Source of the DNA: Acidothermus cellulolyticus 11B
Lineage (GTDB): Bacteria; Actinomycetota; Actinomycetes; Acidothermales; Acidothermaceae
NCBI RefSeq assembly: GCF_000015025.1
Contig: NC_008578.1
Location: 930,001 to 962,000, forward strand
Length of the DNA: 32,000 nt
Direction: 5' to 3'
Shown here: positions 8,945 to 17,180 of the stretch, one piece after another
Numbering within the stretch: position 1 is the first letter of the stretch
Layout: each line of letters opens with the position of its first letter
Translations under genes and position numbers: made by a program
The notes under the pieces: model-generated
Told to the model about the DNA's origin: nothing
Database searches by the model: none
Seen by the model: the letters and a program-made list of their open reading frames with translations, nothing else

Positions 8945-9396
8945 AGCGATACATTTTCCCGCTGGCTCGGGTGCTCCGGTTGCGGGCGGCCCAGGAGACC
9001 GCCGCACGCGACGAGCTTCGCCGCGCGGCCGCACGGGCGCGGCAGGCGGAGGAACGCTGCGAGGAAGAATTCCGCCGGTACGACGCTCAGATAGCCAGCG
9101 GCGCTGCGCTGCGGGGAAACCTCTTCAACCTGCTGGCTTTCCGTGACGAGGCTGCACGGCGCGCGAGGGCTGTGCTGGATGCGGAAGCCGCCCGTGCAGC
9201 TGAGGAACAGGCACGTGACGACGCGCGTGCACAGTGGGCGGAGGCGAAAAGCCGGCGCAGCGCGCTCGAACGGTTGGACGAGCGGAGACGGGCCGAGCAC
9301 CGCTACGCAGCTGACCGTGAGGAGCAGAGCGAAATCGACGATGCGACCGCGCAGCGGCACCACGTGAACCGCAAGCAGCCGGGAGCGTCGTCGTGA
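8941..9396 (+). CDS. fliJ: flagellar export protein FliJ (coiled-coil stalk)
   Basis: MKRYIFPLARVLRLRAAQETAARDEL... has an FliJ-like N-terminus (f.l..vL.lR...e) and is an Arg/Ala/Glu-rich coiled coil throughout. ATG 8941 forms an ATGA overlap with the fliI stop. The track's extension to 8911 is rejected. Confidence 0.75.
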   Translation: MKRYIFPLARVLRLRAAQETAARDELRRAAARARQAEERCEEEFRRYDAQIASGAALRGNLFNLLAFRDEAARRARAVLDAEAARAAEEQARDDARAQWAEAKSRRSALERLDERRRAEHRYAADREEQSEIDDATAQRHHVNRKQPGASS

Positions 9397-10370
9397 GCAT
9401 CGTCAACGACGTGCAGACCCGCGTTGCCGCGATCACAGAGCTTCTCGCGGCGGTCAGCCCGCCGCCGGCCGTCTCCGGCGAATTCAGCTCGGTATTGGCT
9501 GCGGTCGCTGCGCCGAGTGCCAGTGACATGAGTACGCAACCGTCGTCGTCCTCGGTCACCGGCGCGGATATCGTTGCGGACGCGTTCCGGTACTTGGGCG
9601 TTCCGTACCGCTATGGGGGAACCGATCCGCGTACGGGCCTCGATTGTTCCGCCTTGGTGCAGCGCGTCTACCAGGATGTCGGTATTGCGCTGCCGCGGAG
9701 CAGTCAGCAGCAGGCGACGGTCGGTGTCGCCGTCCCCAGCTTGGCGCAGGCACAACCGGGCGATCTCGTCTGTTTCGGTGATCCAGCCACGCACATTGGC
9801 ATCTACGTCGGCAACGGAAAAATGATCGTCGCCCCACACACAGGAACCGTCGTCCAGGTACAAGACATTACCGTTCCGCCGACGACAATCCGCCGAGTGG
9901 TTGCCGGAGCGTCCCTCTTCAGCGGTGTGCCCGTCGACCGGCCGGTCGCACTCTCAGCGACGGGAGCAGGAAGCTCGAGCAGTGATACCTCGGGCGGCGC
10001 GTACGCGGCGCTGTTCGACGCCGCCGAGCGTCGCTACGGTCTGCCCACCGGACTCCTGGCCGCCGTCGCCAAGGTTGAATCCAAGTTCCAACCGGACGCG
10101 GTAAGCCCAGCCGGCGCCGTCGGCCTCATGCAGTTGATGCCCGGCACCGCTGCGGCGCTCGGCGTCGATCCGCGCGATCCCGCGCAAGCCATCGACGGCG
10201 CCGCTCGGCTCCTTGCCGGCGAGCTGGCGAAATACGGCTCCCTGCCGTTGGCACTGGCGGCATACAACGCCGGCGGCCCGGCGGTCGACCGGTACAACGG
10301 CATTCCACCGTATCCGGAAACTCAGCAATACGTGCAGAAAGTGCTGGCGACGATGAGTGAGGGTCTATGA
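9393..10370 (+). CDS. two-domain peptidoglycan hydrolase: NlpC/P60 endopeptidase plus SLT-type lytic transglycosylase (flagellar rod-penetration enzyme candidate)
   Basis: The P60 half is FRYLGVPYRYGGTDPRTGLDCSALVQRVY...GDLVCF...THIGIYVGNGKMIVAPHTG, giving a Cys/His/His arrangement. The SLT half is LLAAVAKVESKFQPDAVSPAGAVGLMQLMPGTA...LALAAYNAGGPAV, with the ES, GLMQ and AYNAG motifs. GTGA and ATGA overlaps join it to fliJ and fliK. Confidence 0.85.
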   Translation: MSIVNDVQTRVAAITELLAAVSPPPAVSGEFSSVLAAVAAPSASDMSTQPSSSSVTGADIVADAFRYLGVPYRYGGTDPRTGLDCSALVQRVYQDVGIALPRSSQQQATVGVAVPSLAQAQPGDLVCFGDPATHIGIYVGNGKMIVAPHTGTVVQVQDITVPPTTIRRVVAGASLFSGVPVDRPVALSATGAGSSSSDTSGGAYAALFDAAERRYGLPTGLLAAVAKVESKFQPDAVSPAGAVGLMQLMPGTAAALGVDPRDPAQAIDGAARLLAGELAKYGSLPLALAAYNAGGPAVDRYNGIPPYPETQQYVQKVLATMSEGL

Positions 10371-11881
10371 GGACAACAGCGGCCAAGGCGGCAGGGGGAT
10401 TATCTCCTGCCGAGGTCATCGACCACGCGGGACATAAAGCCGCTGCCGAGTCCGGCTCGGCGGAGGTCTTCGGTGCCGCCTTGCTGGCGGCGCTGCTGGG
10501 CGCACCGTCTGGAGTTTCCGCGCCTTCGGGTGACGGCACCGCGGCGTCAGCGTCGGCGTCGACGGGCGCCGGTGATGCGGTGTCGGGGGGTAGCCGCAGA
10601 CCGCTCGGAGGATCCGCACCGGCCGCCGAGACAGCCCGGCATGTGGGCGGCGGCTATGGATCGAGTACGCCGGCGGTGGGGAATGGCGGGTTGCCGCTGA
10701 CGGAGTCAGCCGCCGGCGCAGCACAGGCCCTACAACCGGAAAGTGCTGCGGAAGACGGAGTTGCCGACCCGCTGCAATCCGGTCTGGCACCGTCGATTGC
10801 CGCGTCCAGTCAATCAGCGGCGGCCGGCACTGGGTCACCAGCAATGCCGGCGCCGGATACGAAAACCATGCCGGTGCCGGATAGGAAAAGTAGTGCGGCT
10901 GGGACGACAACGGTTGCTCCGCCGGCGACGTCTCCGCTGAATACGACGGGTCTCGCGACCAACCCGGCGAATCATGCGACACACGTTTCCGACCTCGCGC
11001 CGGACACCCGATCCTCCGGTCCGTCGCAGCTCGATACGCCGTTGGCCGTCAACCAGGCACCGTCGATGCCGCCGGCGGCGTCACCCGATGCCGGCATGCG
11101 GAAAATCCACCCCGGTGCCGCAGACCTGACCGCCCGTGTTGACCACGCGCATGACGGCCGCCTGGCACGCAACGCGGGGATCGACTTTTCCTCTGACGTC
11201 GCCGCTACATCGACCGCGCCGATTACCGAATCGCTGTCGAGAACAGGCGGTCCGGAGAGGACCGCCAGCCTGGACGCCGCCGGAATCCAAGCCGGCGAAC
11301 TACAGAAGAGTACGCGCCGGGATGCCGGCCGTGAGGTCACGCCGGGCGGTAGCCCGAATGCGGCCGCGTTTGATGCTGTCCCGATGACGGGTTCCCAGCC
11401 GCCTGGTCCGGCGTCTGCCGCGCCGCCGCAAATGGTTCTGGCGGGCGGTGGGACGGTCATCGTGCCGCCGCAACTGAATCTCGTCGCGGTGCTCGCGGGA
11501 CTCCGGCATGCTTCGGACGGCGGATACCGGCTGTCCCTGCAGTTGCAACCGGTGGAGCTCGGCATGGTCGGCGTCGATGTCGAAATCCGTGGTGGCACCG
11601 CAACGATTCACTTCCGGCCCGAGAAGGCCGACGCCGCGGACGCCCTGCGAACCTCACTTGCGCAGCTTCGCAGCGAGCTGACCGCTCAAGGTCTGCAGAT
11701 CGGTGAGATCACCGTCGGTGGCTCCCAGGCGGAGACGGGCTTTGCCGGAAACCATTCCAGCAGCGGCGGTGACCAGCCCGTCCCGGCTGACGAGCGCGAG
11801 ACGCCGTCCCCGGTCAGCAGCCCTTCGCGCCGCGCACGGACACCGATGACGCTTCGCTCAGCACTCGACCTGCGAATCTGA
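10367..11881 (+). CDS. fliK: flagellar hook-length control protein FliK
   Basis: A long Ala/Pro/Ser/Gly-rich low-complexity ruler is followed by a C-terminal Flg_hook-type domain, YRLSLQLQPVELGMVGVDVEIRGGTATIHFRPEKADAADALRTSLAQLRSELTAQGLQIGEITV. Confidence 0.8.
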   Translation: MRTTAAKAAGGLSPAEVIDHAGHKAAAESGSAEVFGAALLAALLGAPSGVSAPSGDGTAASASASTGAGDAVSGGSRRPLGGSAPAAETARHVGGGYGSSTPAVGNGGLPLTESAAGAAQALQPESAAEDGVADPLQSGLAPSIAASSQSAAAGTGSPAMPAPDTKTMPVPDRKSSAAGTTTVAPPATSPLNTTGLATNPANHATHVSDLAPDTRSSGPSQLDTPLAVNQAPSMPPAASPDAGMRKIHPGAADLTARVDHAHDGRLARNAGIDFSSDVAATSTAPITESLSRTGGPERTASLDAAGIQAGELQKSTRRDAGREVTPGGSPNAAAFDAVPMTGSQPPGPASAAPPQMVLAGGGTVIVPPQLNLVAVLAGLRHASDGGYRLSLQLQPVELGMVGVDVEIRGGTATIHFRPEKADAADALRTSLAQLRSELTAQGLQIGEITVGGSQAETGFAGNHSSSGGDQPVPADERETPSPVSSPSRRARTPMTLRSALDLRI

Positions 11882-11891
11882 AAGGAACCCA

Positions 11892-12326
11892 ATGACCGGC
11901 CCGATTGATGCCATCTCTTCCGTTACGGCTGGTGCGGCGGCGCCTGCCACACCGGCATCCAGTACGGCGACGACGAGCGTCTTCGACCCGCAGACATTTC
12001 TCAAACTGCTGGTCGCTCAACTCAGTCACCAGGACCCATTGAATCCGACCGACAGCTCGACCTACATCGCAGAAGAAGCACAGTTCGCCATGGTGCAAAC
12101 CATGAACACGATGAATCAGCTCATGACGAACCTCTACCACGACATGCAGACGTCGAGTGCGGTAGCGCTCATCGGCAAGACCGTCACGTACACGGCGTCC
12201 GACGGAACGCCGGTCACCGGCGTTGTCGCCGCGGCGATGCCGGGAAGCAATGGTCCCATGCTGCGCATCGGCTCGACCACGGTACCGCTCAGCGCAATCA
12301 CCGAAGTCACCGAACCGGCCCAGTAA
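11892..12326 (+). CDS. flgD: flagellar hook assembly/capping protein FlgD
   Basis: FDPQTFLKLLVAQLSHQDPLNPTDSSTYIAEEAQFAMVQ is the FlgD N-terminal signature. AAGGAA lies upstream of the ATG. Confidence 0.9.
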   Translation: MTGPIDAISSVTAGAAAPATPASSTATTSVFDPQTFLKLLVAQLSHQDPLNPTDSSTYIAEEAQFAMVQTMNTMNQLMTNLYHDMQTSSAVALIGKTVTYTASDGTPVTGVVAAAMPGSNGPMLRIGSTTVPLSAITEVTEPAQ

Positions 12327-12366
12327 ACCGCCATCCACCCAAGGAAACCGCCACTCACCCAAGAAA
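12327..12366 (+). repeat. 20-bp imperfect tandem direct repeat (2 units) forming most of the flgD-flgE spacer
   Basis: Unit 1 is ACCGCCATCCACCCAAGGAA (12327-12346) and unit 2 is ACCGCCACTCACCCAAGAAA (12347-12366), 17/20 identical. They are followed by the purine-rich GAAAGGAAGAACC and GTG 12380. Confidence 0.8.
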
Positions 12367-12379
12367 GAAAGGAAGAACC

Positions 12380-13576
12380 GTGCTCCGTTCCCTGTTCTCC
12401 GGCGTCTCGGGCCTGCGGGCCCACCAGACGATGCTGGATGTCGTCGGCAACAACATTGCCAATGTCAACACCGTCGGATTCAAAGCCTCCCAAGTGGAAT
12501 TTGAAGACACCCTCAGCCAGATGCTCCGCGCCGCCGGCGCACCGCAGGGCGTTCAGGGCGGCACCAACCCGGCCCAAGTAGGACTGGGTGTTCAGATTGC
12601 CGCCATCAGCACGACCTTCACCCAGGGTCCGGCCGAAACCACCGGCGTCGACACGGATCTGATGATCCAAGGTGACGGTTTTTTCGTGCTTGATGACGGT
12701 GGTCAGCGGGTGTACACCCGGAACGGCGCCTTCTCTTTCGACGCGAACGGCAACCTCGTCAGCGCCAACGGCGCTCTCGTGCAAGGCTGGCTGGCCAGCG
12801 GCGGTGTGGTGAATACCACTGGACCGGTCACCGCGATAAAGCTCCCGCTCGGAACGTCGATGCCCCCATCGGCGACGACCACCGCGACCCTCGCCGGCAA
12901 CCTCCCGGCCGACGGTTCCGGCTCGCCGATCGACAACAACCTCACGGTGTATGACGCCAAGGGGCAGGCCACCCAGTACACCCTCGAGTACAGCTACGAC
13001 ACGACGTCCAACAGCTGGAAGCTGGACATTCTGCCGCCGGGCGGCGGTTCGCCGACCAATGTGCCGTTGAGTTTCGATTCGACGACCGGTCAGTACAACG
13101 GCACCAACCCGCAAACCGTGACCCTGGGTGGGCAGAACATCAGCCTCGACCTCTCCGGGCTGACCGCCTACGGCGGCGGGAACACCGTCGAGGTGGTCTC
13201 GTCGGACGGTTCCGCCATGGGCTCGCTCGCGTCGTACACCATTTCGCCGGACGGCACCATCCAGGGTGTCTTCACCAATGGGATGAAGCAACCGCTCGCC
13301 AAGATTGCCCTGGCGACCTTCAACAATCCCGGCGGTCTCACCAAGGTAGGCACGTCCGAGTACGCCGAATCGGTGAACTCCGGCGCCGCGCAGATCGGTG
13401 CGTCGGGGACGGGAAGCCGCGGCCAGCTCGCCGCCGGTGAGCTCGAGGGCTCGAACGTCGACCTGTCCCAGGAATTCACCAACTTGATCATTGCCGAGCG
13501 GGGTTTCCAGGCCAACGCGAAGGTCATCACCACATCCGACCAAGTTCTCCAGGATCTGGTGAATCTCAAGCAGTAA
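12380..13576 (+). CDS. flgE: flagellar hook protein FlgE
   Basis: The N-terminus is MLRSLFSGVSGLRAHQTMLDVVGNNIANVNTVGFKAS. The C-terminus is GELEGSNVDLSQEFTNLIIAERGFQANAKVITTSDQVLQDLVNLKQ. These are the canonical hook/rod family termini, and the length fits FlgE. Confidence 0.95.
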   Translation: MLRSLFSGVSGLRAHQTMLDVVGNNIANVNTVGFKASQVEFEDTLSQMLRAAGAPQGVQGGTNPAQVGLGVQIAAISTTFTQGPAETTGVDTDLMIQGDGFFVLDDGGQRVYTRNGAFSFDANGNLVSANGALVQGWLASGGVVNTTGPVTAIKLPLGTSMPPSATTTATLAGNLPADGSGSPIDNNLTVYDAKGQATQYTLEYSYDTTSNSWKLDILPPGGGSPTNVPLSFDSTTGQYNGTNPQTVTLGGQNISLDLSGLTAYGGGNTVEVVSSDGSAMGSLASYTISPDGTIQGVFTNGMKQPLAKIALATFNNPGGLTKVGTSEYAESVNSGAAQIGASGTGSRGQLAAGELEGSNVDLSQEFTNLIIAERGFQANAKVITTSDQVLQDLVNLKQ

Positions 13577-13590
13577 CCCAAGTTGACGTC

Positions 13591-13655
13591 GGCCGGTCCT
13601 CAGGTCCGCTGGGGACCGGCCGAAGGGGTAGACGGCTCACCACGGATCGGTGAGC
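13591..13655 (+). terminator. two consecutive GC hairpins after flgE (partial terminator, attenuator or mRNA-stabilising 3' structures)
   Basis: Hairpin 1 pairs GGCCGGTCC (13591-13599) with GGACCGGCC (13613-13621). Hairpin 2 pairs GCTCACC (13635-13641) with GGTGAGC (13649-13655). Neither has a U-tract. Confidence 0.4.
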
Positions 13656-13680
13656 GCACGGTGCCATGGACGGAGGGCCG

Positions 13681-14034
13681 ATGATCGTTGTCACCCGGCT
13701 GAACGGCCCTCCCTTCGCTCTCAATCCCGACCTCATCGAACGGATTGACGCCACCCCGGATACCGTCGTGACCCTCGTCGACGGGGTCAAGTACGTCGTC
13801 GCCGAGTCCGTCGAGGAGGTCGTCGCGCGCATTCGCGAGTACCGCGGGCAAGTATTGGCCGCCGCGTATGCCTTCGAGCGGACCATCACGCCGACCGGCC
13901 GGGGACTGCGCGTCATCCGCAGCGAGGACACGACCGATACGTCCCCCGACAGTGACGAGAATCCCGATCCGACGCCGCTAGCGCCCCGGCCGACGCGCCA
14001 GCGTCGCCGCGCACTCGACGGTGGGGACAGCTGA
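13681..14034 (+). CDS. flbD: flagellar protein FlbD (SwrD-like) with an acidic/Pro-rich C-terminal extension
   Basis: MIVVTRLNGPPFALNPDLIERIDATPDTVVTLVDGVKYVVAESVEEVVARIREY matches the FlbD family from residue 1. GGAGGG (13672-13677) lies upstream of ATG 13681. An alternative ATG at 13666 would add 5 aa. Confidence 0.8.
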   Translation: MIVVTRLNGPPFALNPDLIERIDATPDTVVTLVDGVKYVVAESVEEVVARIREYRGQVLAAAYAFERTITPTGRGLRVIRSEDTTDTSPDSDENPDPTPLAPRPTRQRRRALDGGDS

Positions 14035-14035
14035 G

Positions 14036-14818
14036 ATGGACGTCGGCACCATCGTCGGGATTCTGCTCGGCTTCTCCGGCATTTTCATGTCAATGATCCT
14101 CGAGGGGAGCAAGCCGACCGCCATTCTCCTTCCAGCGCCGATGATGCTCGTCATCCTCGGCACCCTCGGTGCCGCAATGGCCGGCGGACTGCTCAAGGAC
14201 ACCACCGGATCCGTCAAATGGATAAAGACCGCCCTGCTCGCCAAGCCGATCCGGCCGGACGGTCTCGTCGACGAGCTCGTCAAGCTCGCGGATCGCGCAC
14301 GCCGGGAAGGGCTGCTAGCCTTGGAAGACGCCGCCAATGAGGTGGACGACGACTTCCTGCGCAAGGGTCTGCAGCTGGCCATCGACGGCACGGATCCCGA
14401 AGAACTTCGGGAGATCCTCGACGCCGAGATCGTCGCGAAACGAACGGAGTACAAGCAAGGCGCCAAGCTCTTCCTTGACATGGGCGGGTATTCACCGACG
14501 CTCGGCATCATCGGCACGGTCGTGAGCCTCATTCACGTGCTCGCGAATCTGAGTTCGCCGGAATCGCTCGGCAAGCTCATCGCAAGCGCCTTCGTGGCCA
14601 CCCTCTGGGGCGTGATGCTGGCGAACATCGTGTGGCTGCCGCTCTCCAACAAGATCGGCCGCCTCGGTGAGCTGGCCGTCCAGCAAATGGAGCTGGTCAT
14701 CGAAGGTGTCCTCTCCATCCAGGCCGGGGTGAACCCAAGGCTCATCCGCCAGAAGCTCCAGTCGCTGCTGCCGGCGGATCCGAAGGCAGAGAAGGCGAAA
14801 CAGGAGAAGGCAGCGTGA
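14036..14818 (+). CDS. motA: flagellar stator protein MotA
   Basis: MDVGTIVGILLGFSGIFMSMILEG starts the protein. It has four TM segments, a cytoplasmic charged loop, and a C-terminal MotA/TolQ/ExbB channel region (GIIGTVVSLIHVL...AFVATLWGVMLANIVWLP). ATG 14036 is 1 nt after the flbD TGA. Confidence 0.9.
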   Translation: MDVGTIVGILLGFSGIFMSMILEGSKPTAILLPAPMMLVILGTLGAAMAGGLLKDTTGSVKWIKTALLAKPIRPDGLVDELVKLADRARREGLLALEDAANEVDDDFLRKGLQLAIDGTDPEELREILDAEIVAKRTEYKQGAKLFLDMGGYSPTLGIIGTVVSLIHVLANLSSPESLGKLIASAFVATLWGVMLANIVWLPLSNKIGRLGELAVQQMELVIEGVLSIQAGVNPRLIRQKLQSLLPADPKAEKAKQEKAA

Positions 14819-15687
14819 GCACGTCACGACCTTCCCGGCGCCGTCGCCGGAGCAGGCAGCACGCCGAGGGCGGGCACGGGCCTAGCCACGAGCGATGGCT
14901 GCTCACCTATACCGACATGGTGACCCTTCTCATGGTGTTGTTCATCGTGCTCTTTGCGATCAGCGTGGTGGACAAGAAGAAGTTCGCGGAGCTTGCCGAC
15001 GGTCTCGCCCACCAATTCGGCTCGACACCGAAAGTGCTGCCGGCGGGCACGGGGGTGATGGACGGCGGAAAGACGGCCAACCACGACCAAGGGCAGCTCA
15101 CCAACAACCCGGACCAGCCGATCGCGCCGATTTCTGATGCCGAACAGTCGCATGCGCAGCCGAGCGCGCAGGCCAGCGCGAGCGCGGCGGCGAATGCGGA
15201 ACGCGAGACTTTCCTGGACGCCGAGCGGCGGATTGAAGCCGCCTTGCAGGCCAAGGGCCTGGCTGATTCGGTGAAGTTCCGCGTGGAGACCCGGGGTCTC
15301 ATCGTGAGCATCGTCACGGACCAGGTCCTCTTCGACACCGGCAAGGCGGATCTGCGGCCGATCGGGCGACAAGTGTTGGATGCGATCGCTCCGGTGCTCC
15401 GCGGCCTGCCCAACGACATCTCGGTCGAAGGGCATACCGACAACGTCCCCATCACCGGTGGACCGTTCGCCTCGAACTGGGAGTTATCGGCTATTCGTGC
15501 GACGACGGTTCTTCGTTACCTGGTGAGCAATGACGGCTTGCCCGAAGAGCGCATGTCGGCAACCGGCTACGCCGACACCCGGCCGCTGGTGCCGAACGAC
15601 ACCCCCGAACATCGCCAACAGAACCGACGTGTCGACATCGTCGTCCTGTCGACGCTCCTGACCCAAGCCATCGGAGGTTCACCATGA
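14815..15687 (+). CDS. motB: flagellar stator protein MotB (OmpA-like peptidoglycan-binding C-terminus)
   Basis: A basic N-terminus is followed by ERWLLTYTDMVTLLMVLFIVLF, a TM segment carrying the conserved Asp. The OmpA-like domain includes VEGHTDNVPI...NWELSAIRATTVLRYL...GYADTRPL...NRRVDIVV. There is a GTGA overlap with motA. Confidence 0.9.
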   Translation: MSTSRPSRRRRRSRQHAEGGHGPSHERWLLTYTDMVTLLMVLFIVLFAISVVDKKKFAELADGLAHQFGSTPKVLPAGTGVMDGGKTANHDQGQLTNNPDQPIAPISDAEQSHAQPSAQASASAAANAERETFLDAERRIEAALQAKGLADSVKFRVETRGLIVSIVTDQVLFDTGKADLRPIGRQVLDAIAPVLRGLPNDISVEGHTDNVPITGGPFASNWELSAIRATTVLRYLVSNDGLPEERMSATGYADTRPLVPNDTPEHRQQNRRVDIVVLSTLLTQAIGGSP

Positions 15688-16154
15688 GTCCAGCGGCCGC
15701 TACCGCGACGACCGAGGCAGCGCAGACCGCGAAACCCAAGAAGGGCAAGAAGCGGAAGATTCTCATCATTCTGCTGGCTGTCGCCGTCCTGGCTGGTGGG
15801 TACGTCGTGATGGGCAAGAAGTCCCACCATCCGGCGAAAACCGGGGCCGCTGTCCAGGAGAAGCCCGGGCCCCTGGTGGCCGTCGACGCGGTGACGGTCA
15901 ATCTCGCCGGCGGACACTACTTGCGCATCGGGCTCGCGCTGCAATTCACCACCAAGACCAGCAAGACGCAGCCGCCGGACCCGGCGCCGGCCACCGACGT
16001 CGTGATCCAGTACTTCACCGGCAAGGATCCCGGGCCGCTCCAGACCCCGGCCGGGCTCAAGCAAGCAAAGGAGGAGTTGACAAAAGCGATCGCTCAGGTG
16101 TATCCGAAAGATCCGATCCTGGAGGTGCTCTTCACATCATTCGTGATCCAGTAG
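15684..16154 (+). CDS. fliL: flagellar basal body-associated protein FliL
   Basis: A Lys-rich N-terminus and a single TM (ILIILLAVAVLAGGYVV) are followed by VTVNLAGGHYLRIGLALQF ... AKEELTKAI ... ILEVLFTSFVIQ, which is typical of FliL. There is an ATGA overlap with motB. Confidence 0.8.
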   Translation: MSPAAATATTEAAQTAKPKKGKKRKILIILLAVAVLAGGYVVMGKKSHHPAKTGAAVQEKPGPLVAVDAVTVNLAGGHYLRIGLALQFTTKTSKTQPPDPAPATDVVIQYFTGKDPGPLQTPAGLKQAKEELTKAIAQVYPKDPILEVLFTSFVIQ

Positions 16155-16166
16155 TGGATTGATCGC

Positions 16167-17180
16167 ATGACACCGGCCCGCAGGAAGCCGGGCCGGAAAG
16201 CTCAGACGGCGCCGCTCTCTGCCGATCGGAGCGGCGTGACGTTCACGTCGACGGTCGCCCAGGCCACGGGACCGCGGACCCATGCCCGTTCGCGTGAACC
16301 GAAGCCGTACGACTTTCGCCGTCCAAACAAGCTAAATCGCGCACACGTCCGCACCCTGCACATTGCGTACGAGACGTTCTGCCGGCAATTCACCACGGTC
16401 CTGACCAGCACGCTTGGGGTCTTCTCCCTCGTCGAGCTCGTCGCCGTCGAGCAGATGTCCTACGTCGACTACGTCGAATCGCTGCCCACGCCGACCTTCC
16501 TGGCCCTTATCTCACTGGACCCGCTTCAGGGCACGGGAATCCTCCAGCTTCCGCTGGAGACGGCCATGCTCTGCGTCGACCGGGTGCTCGGCGGACCCGG
16601 CTCGGCACAACAACCGACGCGACTGCCCACCGACGTCGAGACCGAAATCATGAAGATGGTGACGCGGCGGGCGGTGCAGGAACTGCGTTATGCCTTCGAG
16701 GGACTGGTTCAGGTCTCGCCGGACGTCATCGGCATCGAGACCAATCCACAATTTGCGCAGGCCGCGGTGCCGTCCGACATTGTCGTCGTCGCGTCGCTCG
16801 AGATCAAAGTCGGTGACCAGGACGGCGCGGCGACCCTCATGATTCCGTTCACCGGGCTGTATCCGGTGCTTGAAGCGGCGGCAAGCCCGAAACGCGGTGA
16901 CCGGCGTGACCTCCTCGAACGGAGCCAGGCCGCGCTGCGTGCCCGGCTCGAGGACGTCGAAATCGAAGTCGCCGTGCAATTTCCGTACGTGGCACTGACG
17001 CCGCACGAACTTCTCAACCTGAGTGTCGGTGACGTGCTGTCTTTACGGCATCCGACTAACGCCCCGCTTCTTATCACCGCGGAAGGAATTCCGTTCGCCT
17101 ACGCGGTACCCGGCAGCAACGGGCGGCAGGCGGCTTGCCTTGTCGTTGAACCACCCCAGGAAGGCGGTACTGCGCGATGA
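16167..17180 (+). CDS. fliM: flagellar motor switch protein FliM
   Basis: YDFRRPNKLNRAHVRTLHIAYETFCRQFTTVLTSTL is the FliM core signature. The middle CheC-like domain and the C-terminal SpoA (FliN-like) domain are present. The start codon among the N-terminal ~45 aa is uncertain. Confidence 0.9.
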   Translation: MTPARRKPGRKAQTAPLSADRSGVTFTSTVAQATGPRTHARSREPKPYDFRRPNKLNRAHVRTLHIAYETFCRQFTTVLTSTLGVFSLVELVAVEQMSYVDYVESLPTPTFLALISLDPLQGTGILQLPLETAMLCVDRVLGGPGSAQQPTRLPTDVETEIMKMVTRRAVQELRYAFEGLVQVSPDVIGIETNPQFAQAAVPSDIVVVASLEIKVGDQDGAATLMIPFTGLYPVLEAAASPKRGDRRDLLERSQAALRARLEDVEIEVAVQFPYVALTPHELLNLSVGDVLSLRHPTNAPLLITAEGIPFAYAVPGSNGRQAACLVVEPPQEGGTAR

